Source: Carpediemonas membranifera BICM
Lineage: Eukaryota; Protista; Fornicata
Assembly (NCBI GenBank): GCA_019828565.1
Contig: JAHDYR010000069.1
Location: 1-64,000 of the forward strand
Direction of reading: 5' to 3'
Length of the DNA: 64,000 bases
Shown here: positions 54,709-64,000 of the stretch, one piece after another
Layout: every line of letters starts with the position of its first letter
Numbering within the stretch: position 1 is the stretch's first letter
Position numbers and translations under genes: made by a program
The notes under the pieces: generated by a model
What the model was told of the DNA's origin: nothing
Databases searched by the model: none
What the model saw: the letters and a program-made list of their open reading frames with translations, nothing else

Positions 54709-57421
54709 GCGGACCGCTTTTCATTTTTAGTGCGGTGATGCCAGGAATATGTTTCCTGACCTAAAGTCTGACCCAGCAGACGCCTAGGCTGACTAGCCAA
54801 ACCTGAACGGGGCCTTCCCGGACGCCGCCGAGAGACCATATTACTTTAACATACGTGGCTTCACGCCATCCAGCGGAGCTCTGATGTCTGCTGGGGTTTG
54901 CCTCTCCATGGGGCAGGCTCTGCGGCCTTGTCGCGTGTGGGTCCGACTTGCCCTCCTGGGCGTAGCTCTCCGTGGGCCGGTCGGGCGACGGATCATGTGG
55001 TCGTCTGCGTGACTAGTGACCTCATGTTCTCTGTGATGGCCTCCCTGTCGACTAATGTGTAGGGTATGGACGTCAGGGCTGTGGACTCGATCCGTATTGT
55101 GTCCTCGATGTAGTGGATTAGCGATTTTGTCGAGGCCCACGTCCCTAATGCTGCAACTACTGGGACCGGCACCCCTGCAAGCATGAGGTCGGCCGCTCCT
55201 CCTCTGCGTAGGCCATGCGGGGTCCACCCGAGCAGGCTGCTGACGTTGGTGAGTACATCCTTGCCCCACAGCCGCTGCGACCTGGCACGGGCCCTGAGAC
55301 GTATGTATAGCCAGAGTGCGGGGGAGAGAGGGTGGCCTTGGACTTCCGGGACCCGCTTGTGGACGTTTGTACGACCGGTCTTGGTGCGTTTGATGGTGAT
55401 CACCAGACCACAGCTGTCGGTCCGGATGTCCTGAGGTGACAGCGCCGCGATCTCTCCTGGCCTTGAAACAGTTGAGTGGCACACCAAGGCAAAGGCTATT
55501 GCCTCCACCCATGACGTGCTGGACCTGTCCGTAGAGTCCGCGTCTACGACCACGCGAGCGATGTCCCTCAGCCTGAATGCCTGCGCAGGTCCGCGTAGGC
55601 GGCCACTGGCCTCCTTAGCGACCGCGAAGACCTCTTGTTGAGCGTACTCTGGGAGCTCGAGGCCGATCGTGTGGCCATAGCGCTTGATCGCTCGGAACTT
55701 GGCCTCCAGCGAGGCCTTTCCGTTTGTTTGCGCCTACTGTACAGCCCACTGCCGGCATTCCGCCTCTGTCGGTGCTATTGATGTTGACTGGACGAAGTGG
55801 GCGATGTTCCCTGCAATTGCTCGACGATAGCGGGTTGAAAGGAGCAACAGCGCCTTGTGTTCCATTACTGTGTGGAAAAGGTCGTCTCCGTCGGAATAAA
55901 GAGTGCTAACAAGCGGACGTTGTTGTTTGCCTTGAGTCTTTGCAGTTCTGAGTCGACGAACTCCGATGCGGGAAGTGTGAACCTCTTGCGGTGTGTCGCT
56001 AGTCGCTTGAGCCCACTCACGGCCGGGCTCCATATGTCCGGTATAACGAGTGTGGCGGCTGATCGAACGGCGTGTGGGTCTATGCAGCTCTCTCTGGACG
56101 TGATCTGCAGTAGCTTGGCGTATACTGGAGCCAGCATAGCCCATGGTGGCGCCAGGAAGACTCGCTTTCCTGTCCAGTCGGTCTGCAGTCCTTGGTCTGA
56201 GTAACCTAGGCTCGACGCGACGAAGCCTGGAAGCAGAAGCTTCTTCTCGGAGTGGCCCGACACGTCCACCTCCGAGGGTCCCCACAGGCTCTGGATCTTC
56301 TCTAATACTGCTCTTGGTGTCCGCCATTGGGTCTTCGCGAATCTGGAAAGAGCGTCTGATGTGACGTTCAGATGCCCTTGCAGGTGGGACGCTCGGACAG
56401 AGAGCCCTCTGGAGGCCAGCTTGCTCCATAGCCTCTGTATTGTCTCGTTTACCTGCGTGGGAGCCCTGGTCGACGACTGCTTGTTGATCCAGGACTTCGT
56501 GGCGACATTGTCGGTGAATATGTGGACTTCCGCGTCGCATAGGTCTGTGGAGAGTACCCACTCCAGCGCCCTTGCTGCTGCTAGGAACTCTAGCGCCGTG
56601 ATATGCGGGCCATGGGGCGCTGGTTGTGCGACGGAGTGAACTCTGCCGCTCGGGAGGCGGATCGTGGCTCCTAGGCCCTTTGTTGACGCGTCGGAGGTGA
56701 TGCACACCTCGATCCGCGTCGCGAGGCCCCATATGGCAATCAAGTCCCTGAATGGACGGGCTGGCGGGTTCTGCAAGAACTGGGCCCACATCTGGCCGGC
56801 TGTCCTGACCTCCCGTGGTAGGTTTGTGGTCCCCTCCACCCTCAGGGCCTGTAGCGGCCGCAGCCAGGCCCTGCCTGTTGGGAATGCTATGGCTGCGTAG
56901 GAGAGATACCCTAGGAGCTTCTCCCACTGGGTTCTGTCGACCCTTCCAGCGTGGAGTACGTCCTTGAGGGCCTTGAGGTACTTCGCGGCCTTCTCCCGGC
57001 CCAGGCTGAGCGTTCTTGCTCTGAAGTCGAAGGTGAGTCCTAGGAATGTGGTGGTCCACGCTGGGGTGAGCTGTGACTTGCTCTCGTTGATGAGTAGTCC
57101 GAGGGAGTTCATGTCTGCGATGATCTGTCGTCCAACCTTCAGTAGGTGCTCCTTTGTGCCCAGCACCAGCCAGTCGTCCAGATAAATCACCAGACGAACG
57201 CGGTATCTCTTTCCTATGATGGCTGCCGCGTCCAGCATGATCGTCTGGAAGAACCACGGAGCAGGGGCCCAACCGAAGGGCAGGACGGCGAAATTGAATA
57301 CTTGTCCGTCTACTACTGCGCCCAGTAGCTTCTGGTCGCTCTATCGGACCGGTATTTGGTAATAGCCCTATTGAAGATCCAGGCGAATGCACGCATCGTC
57401 TGGTGCGGCAATGGTCACCGC

Positions 57422-60400
57422 TGTCGTGGATCTTTAGATCCATGCATATATTTATTCCTGATCTGATTACGATCTGGTCTTGATTTGTCTTTTGTTGTTA
57501 AACACTTCGCATTGTTCGTTGTTGTTCTACCCCCGCGCGCCTACAACAGTAATATTACTGATGAACATTGAGCAACTAACGAATTATTTCGCCCCATACC
57601 TGTCGTCCACTAAGGCAAAGGGCTGGTACTCCTTCAGAGAAAGCTACTACCTTTACGCCGTTCGAGCACGCGATCCTGCGCCGATATACGAGTGCGTTGC
57701 ACGCACTGTGCTTGAGACTTTCGCCCTTGAAAGTGAAGACGTTCGACGCTTGATGCGTTACGTAGCCCTCCGACGCCAACGCCCTCAGGCCCAGCCTCGA
57801 GATCCACTTCTCTTTCTTCCGCCTCCGGCAGAAGAACAAGCTCTCGACGACGACAGCTCCAGTGATTCTTCATCCTCCGCCTCTTCCTCTTCCTCCTCCG
57901 AAGCTCCTGACCACGTCTCCATCGACTCTATCTTCTCCCACGAGTCCGACATGAACGATCCGACGATGCTTTACGCTTCAGCCCAGCATCTCAACAAGTT
58001 CTTTATTGACGCCGTCAACCGTATCTTCAAGCCCCGTGACAAGCAGAGTGCCCTCGATCGCTTCAACGATATAAGCTTTTCGAAGGCCGCGAGCTATACG
58101 AGAACATGATGCACTACTGTCTGCTGTACCGCCGTACCCTGCAAAACTGCTGTGACGTTCGCCCCAAGGAGTCTCATCTGGTAACCAAATTCCTATCGAA
58201 CATCAGCGACGCCCGTCTGCGCCAAAGGTGCAAGACCGAGGCCGACAAGCGCACTCTGCGCAAGACGATGCAGCTCTCCCTCACACAGGCCAAGGAGCAG
58301 GAACGCGTTCGGTACGAGACCAAGGCAGAAGCTGAATTAAAAGATCAGCCCTGCCTTGAGTTGACTGAAGATTACCTGGACGCTATTGATGAAGCCCATT
58401 CGTGCACCGATGTGCGTGATCGACCAATCTACCCAATTCACCTTGGGGACCACAAGGTCATGGCACTATACGACACTGGAGCCACCGCGAATTTCCTCAG
58501 CCTAGCCCTCGCGAAGTCAATCGGTGTCACGCTCAATCCAGAGCGCCATCGTATCAGGCTAGCCACCGGACAGATTGTTGTGTGCACCCATATCGCGCAA
58601 CTCTCAGTCCACTTTCCCTCCGTGACAGGCCACGACCTGACAGCCGATATCAAGTTTATCATCCTCCCAAACCTTGATTTCGACGCCGTCATTGGCTTCC
58701 CCACGTTACGGAACACAGGCCTTTTCGAGATCCCAGAGGTCTCCGACATCTCCATCCTGGATGACGAGGAGGACATGGAACTGGACGCCATGGCGGAAGA
58801 ACCCGATGAGCCGCGGATCGAACTATTTAGAGAAGAGATCCAAAGGCTACTGAAGAAGTACGACGTCACCGGCGACATTTCGTCCCCATCTCTCCTAGAT
58901 CCCTTCACCATACGCACCAAGGATGCCCAAGTCATCAAACGTTATCCATACAGATACTCCGACTCCGTGATGAAAGAGATTCATCGTCAAACAGACACCC
59001 TAGAGTCTCTACGAGTCCTGGAGCCGTCTGACTCCCCATACAACAACCCTATTGTCATGGCTGGCAAACGCAACGGTGAAGCCAGGATGTGTCTGGACTT
59101 TCGGGAGCTCAACAAGGTCACCCTGGACCTTATACATCCCCTACCATTGATCGATGACCTCGTGTCTCATCTCGAGGGCATGCAGTTTTTTGCTGCCTTG
59201 GACCTCACAAAAGCATTTCACCAGGTTGAGATTGACCCCCATTCTAGGCCTCTCACAGCTTTTACAGCTGGAAAGAAAAAGCCGCAATACTGCCGTATGC
59301 CCTTTGGGCTGAAAAACGCGCCTATTCACATGCAGCGGGCTCTTGAGAAGGCTATGGGCGGTGCACTCCACACTAAGTGCTTGGTCTACATCGATGATAT
59401 AGTAGTTTTCGGCCGATCCAAAGAGGAATACCTCGCAAACCTTCAAGATGTGCTGTCTCGCCTTTCCAGGCATGGCCTGAAGCTCAATCTAGCGAAGTCT
59501 GTGTTCTCCGCCACGGAGATAGACTATCTGGGCTGGCACATTGACGCACACGGTAAGCGGGTCTCCTCTGATCGCCTCGACGCCATTAAGGCCCTACGCC
59601 CCGCGACATCTCTCACTGGTCTCCGCGCCCTCATTGGTCTAGCTAACTACTTCTGCGCTCTCCTACCCGACTACGCAACGAGGATGGAACCCCTTATCTC
59701 ACTCACGAGGGCATCCAAGTTTGACTGGGGACAGGAGCAGGACGCTGCCTTAACCTGGATCAAGGACCGCCTCTTGAACGAGGAAGTCCTAGTCCACCCA
59801 CGTCCCGGAGAGGCACTGCATTTATTTACAGACGCTTCTGACGTCGGGATAGGCGGTGTGCTGACCAACTCCGAGGGAAACCCCGTCGCATATTTTGCCA
59901 AGACTCTCTCGTCGACACAAAGACGATGGAGCACTATCGAGAAAGAGTGCTTCGCAATATTCCACGGCATTACGAAGCTTAGGCGCTACCTAGCCGGCAG
60001 AGTGTTTGAAATCCACACGGACCACCGCGATTTGACTTACATGCACCACAGTATCAACGCGAAGGTCATGCGCTGGGCCATGGCACTCTCCGAGTACGAC
60101 TACAGCATCAGCCACGTCGCTGGGGTCGATAACGGCGCTGCCGACGCTCTCTCTCGACTATTCACTTTGGACGACGTCCCTGACGAACGTTTCACCACCT
60201 TCCAAGCTCACCACAATGGCTCAGTAGGCCATCTTGGCCGTGACGCCACCTGCCGGAAAATCGCTCAAGCCGGTCTCTCATGGCCCGGCATGAAGTCCGA
60301 CGTCCGTCGGTTCATTGGCGAATGCCCGGTTTGCCAGCTGGTGCGCTCTAAGCGATCCACTATCCCGTCGGAACGCCACTCTCTCATGGGGAGCTATCCC

Positions 60401-61999
60401 TTTGAAGTGGTCCAGGCTGACTCGATCGGCCCCATGGACGTCCCCGGGTGCCACTCTTACGGCCTTGTCGTGGTGGACACCTTCTCCCGTTTGACACAGG
60501 TTTATCCCACCACCGATACAACCTCATCCGAGGCTATCCGCGTCCTGTCGTCTTGGAGACAACACTACGGCACCCCTGCCACTCTGATCACTGATGGAGC
60601 CTCGCAGTTCTGTTCTGAGGAGTTCAAGTCCTTCTGCAACCAGTCTAGCATTATTCACAAGGTCGGGACACCCTACCACCCAGCTGGGCAAGGATCCGTA
60701 GAAAGGCAGAATGAGGAGGTTAAGCGCCACCTGCGCGCATATCTCTTGGAGAATGATGGTACGTGGGAGGAGGGTGTGAACCAAATCACATCAATTATCA
60801 ACAACGCCCCTCTCAGCACGTCTCAGCTATCGCCGAACCAGGTTTTATTTGGGAAGGAAGTACCGATACCTGCAGGCTCTCTCTCCATGGAGCTCTTCTA
60901 CTCCACACTCCAGGCTTTGAGGTCCGAACAGCTCAAAATGACCTCCCGGCAATCCCCCACAGCAACGCACGCAGCGGAGCACCTCGTGGGTCAGGGCGTG
61001 ATAGTTCGCAGGAACACTACCGGCCACGTGATCACACGCGGTCCTTGTCGGATCATCCGCAAGACCGAGCGGCCGAATGTGTACATTGTTCGTGACTTCA
61101 CGCTCAACAAGGACTTCGAAGCTCATGCTGACTCGCTAACTCACTTCAGGGGCACCTACACCGACAAAGAGCTTGCCGACTGGGCCGCCCGTCACCAAGG
61201 TGAGTACCTAGTCCGGTCCATCCTTGCTCACCGGGTCTGAGCTGGACGGCTGCAACTGTCCGTCGCGTATGAGGGGTACGATGACGCCGACTCCACATGG
61301 AACGAGTTCGATAAGTCTATGGATCAGCTCGAGGCGTTCGACGCGTACCTTGCCGCTCACCCCAGGCTCAAGAAGAACTTAAGACGGTACAAGTGGTGGC
61401 TTAAGCCATCATCATAGCCGCAACATGTCCATACTGCACGTAAATGGACCTCTGTTTCTTCGTTCTCTACCGCTTTCACCGCCACCATCCGAAAACTAAC
61501 TAATTTGAACATAACTAAGTAACTGGTGGTGGATACCGCTTCTATACGGCTAACTACTTGATATTGATTACTTATATGGCTCGTCGTTGAGATCTTAGGC
61601 GGCTACGAGCTCGAACGGAGGGAAGAAAGCGAAAATAGCGAGAACTCGCCATTGAGGCCTCGTTGGGCCTTCTAAGGGCCATTTTCGCGCTCTTGTTGGG
61701 ATCGTGCTCATTCAACTGGCATTACTTCCAGCAATAGGAAAACTCGTTGGATGTCGTCATCAATTGATTGCTGACGAGATTTTGATCCTGATTTCCCCTT
61801 TAGAGCATCCCGAGGGAGCAACTGGGCTCACCATAGCTCAGTGGCGCCCAATTACTGACCATGGGAGGGAAGTGTCGTGGATCTTTAGATCCATGCATAT
61901 ATTTATTCCTGATCTGATTACGATCTGGTCTTGATTTGTCTTTTGTTGTTAAACACTTCGCATTGTTCGTTGTTGTTCTACCCCCGCGCGCCTACAACA
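57422..61999 (+). mobile_element. Ty3/gypsy LTR retrotransposon with chromodomain
   Basis: Identical 127-bp TG...CA LTRs (57422-57548 and 61873-61999), 5-bp TSD accgc, PPT gggagggaag at 61863-61872. Confidence 0.95.
57561..61417 (+). CDS. gag-pol (PR, RT, RNase H, IN, chromodomain); frameshift near 58100 and TGA at 61238 within the chromodomain
   Basis: PR YDTGA. RT LDLTKAFHQ, MPFGLKNAP, YIDDI. RH TDASD. IN H..GH..C..C, D,D,E. Chromodomain EYLVRSILAHRV*AGRLQLSVAYEGYDDADSTW. Confidence 0.9.
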
Positions 62000-63015
62000 A
62001 CCGCCTCCTTCAGACCCTTGAGTCTGAATGAGCGGGTCTCCGCAGAGGCTGAGTTGAGTTGTCGCAGATCGTGTATCAGCCTGTCTGATCCGTCTGACTT
62101 TGGGGTCAGGAACAGGGGAGATATGAAGGACGGCTCCGTCGCTGGGACCATCACACCCAGTCCCAGGAGCTCCCTTACATGGGGACTCACGGCCGGGTCG
62201 TCTCGGATCGGGGGAGGTCTGATCGGGGGGGCGTATTGGATGGGGACACCCTCCCGTATCCACGACACCGTCTGTTCGGCAGCTCCGAATCTTTCCCACG
62301 TCCTCCAATGTCTCTGGGTTGTGGGGAATCTCGTTGTGGACGTGGGAAGAGATGTGGTCCCGGGGGAGCTGTCGGTTGGCGCCTGACCGACACGGGTTCG
62401 GTCTTGGCATCCTAGGCCACATTGTGTCGTATGCGTCGTCAGCAAGGTTTCGTTTCATGCCCTCTTTACACCCTTGGGGGTCTTGAAGGCTTCTCTGATC
62501 TCGAGGTTGGGGAGCTTCGCCAGCTTCTCCACCACCGCTTGATCGATCTCGTCCTCTGCTATCTCCGGTTTCGCCAGGAGCATGGCGTCGAGCTTTCTGG
62601 CTATCACAGCCGCGGCTTCGTACCCGAATTTGCTTTTGAGGAATAGGATCTTGTGTCGAACGTACAGTCTGTTCATGATGGCTTCGGCTGAAGCTTCGCC
62701 CTCCTGGACATCTTCGTAAATCTCCTGGAGAAAGTCCGCTTCTTCCTCTAGAGCGGCTCCCTTCGGTTTCTCCCACTTCCTCTTCCTTCTGTTCTGCTTC
62801 ATGAGCTGGAGCATTCTCTTCGTTTCCTGCAGTTCTTCCTTCAGCTTCCTCACCTCGGCGGCGGTGGCCGGCTTGTCCTCGGCCATTTTCTTCAAACATG
62901 CGGGATCGATTCATCAACTGATTACTGCCCAACCTCTAACCATATTCAACCAGAGCCCTTACTGACCGGGCGTTCGGTGCCCACCACCGAGGGGCCGCAG
63001 ACCTACGTATGTTCT

Positions 63016-64000
63016 AAAAAAAAAAGAAAGAAATTTATGGTGCTTGGATTCTGACCCCGGACTGAGCTTGTTTCCCGTTGTCTTGGAGCTGAGTGCCCCG
63101 GGGTACTGCCTATTTCCCGTGGCAAACTGGTCAGCAGCGTTTGCCTTGGGCTTTCGGTGCTACTGTCTCCGCGGAAAGCCGATTCCAATCGCCCCAGAGG
63201 CCCTGCGGCCATCTCCGTGCAAATATGCTTTCCTGTCTCCCTGAAAGTCCGGCAACTATCCGGGGAGCCTGGGGGTCTGTCCTCGGGGCATTGACAGGCA
63301 GGATCGTCCTGCAGAACCTTGACTATGACACTCCTTGCTTCCCTGCAGTCCTTGTAGAGCCGTTCAGCCACGGCACCCTCTCGTCTGTCCGGTTCCCCAA
63401 TTCCATGCCCCCTCGACTCTGTTAAGAGGCCTACCCGAAGGCGGGGGAAAGTGACTAAGTCCATGCTGTCTACCCCGGTTAGGTGGCGTGGGTCAGGGCA
63501 TGGGTGGTGTACCCCCAGGCACTAGGCCTGGTTGTCCTGTTACCCCTTACAACATTTCGCTTGCACTACATGTCCTTGGTTTCCCATGTCGTTAACAAGG
63601 GCGGCAGGGGCACCTGTGCCCCTCCGACCCCCGTGGCCAGTCCCTGCAGTTTCCTTGGGGTCCCAACGAGTGGTGCAACCATATGAATATGGATTTCCTT
63701 GACCTTATCCTTGCTCTGTCCTTGTTGCATGTCCTTTCTTTCTTATTTCTGGTCTGTCCTTCCTGTTAATTCCTTGCAGTCGTTCCTTCCCTTGCTTTTG
63801 GTTCCTGGCTACCGGGATACGTGGGGCCTTTCCTCACTGATCCCAGGAGCTTAGCACCAGCGAGGGTGGTCCATGGCTGATTCCTTGTCCATCCCTTCCC
63901 GGTCCTGGAGTCAGGGGTTCATGACATGCTTCTATTCCACCTTGAAGCTGTTGTAAACCTTTGCCAGTTCCCGTAGTCCTGCCGTGAGGCCTTCCCAAAT
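63016..64000 (-). mobile_element. 3' end of a second LINE (tail, ~0.9-kb 3' UTR, last codons of ORF2)
   Basis: aaaaaaaaaagaaagaaattt tail resembles the one at 36745. The frame from 64000 reads IWEGLTAGLRELAKVYNSFKVE* (stop at 63932), similar to the first LINE's ..VKEGLLCGKKALMNL. Confidence 0.55.

Larger units (their letters stand above)
54782..63008 (-). mobile_element. YR retroelement YR5 (ORF1 62455..62895; RT/RH/MT 55865..62445; YR from 54993), interrupted by the gypsy element and three in-frame TAGs
   Basis: The RT frame rejoins across the gypsy insertion (LKEAV|TIAAPDD). Motifs YLDDW, TSDAS, HITALE, FLAPPW; YR motifs SRPGEI, RTKT, HGLRRG, GTW. Ends approximate. Confidence 0.85.

Overview
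Eukaryotic genomic DNA, apparently intron-poor and probably protist. Single-base indels at homopolymers are common and look like long-read consensus errors. Bases 1-10.3 kb hold a minus-strand host gene with a WD40-like N-terminus and a very long coiled coil built from a 63-bp (21-aa) tandem repeat. The remaining ~53 kb is almost entirely nested mobile DNA organised around three tRNA genes: Thr-CGT (11383), an initiator-like Met-CAT (33659) and Ala-CGC (54637, minus strand). (i) Five CRE-clade non-LTR elements (RT + restriction-like endonuclease, two families) form a head-to-tail array inserted exactly at the tRNA-Thr 3' end, separated by 12-bp copies of that end and each bringing its own oligo-T tract. 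(ii) Several families of tyrosine-recombinase (DIRS/PAT/Ngaro-type) retroelements end 25-32 bp downstream of tRNA 3' ends, and occur as complete split-direct-repeat elements, as A-ORFs-B halves and as ORF-less A-spacer-B minis. (iii) An ~11.3-kb APE-type LINE with a 16-bp TSD has an ORF1 containing what looks like a complete protist-type Maelstrom (MAEL) nuclease domain, plus an antisense ORF. (iv) An IS630/Tc1 DD35E transposon carries an accessory zinc-knuckle gene. (v) A chromodomain Ty3/gypsy element has 127-bp LTRs. (vi) The 3' end of a second LINE closes the window. The strongest novelty candidates are the MAEL-encoding LINE and the two independent tRNA-targeting retroelement systems. All calls were made by eye; no database searches were run.
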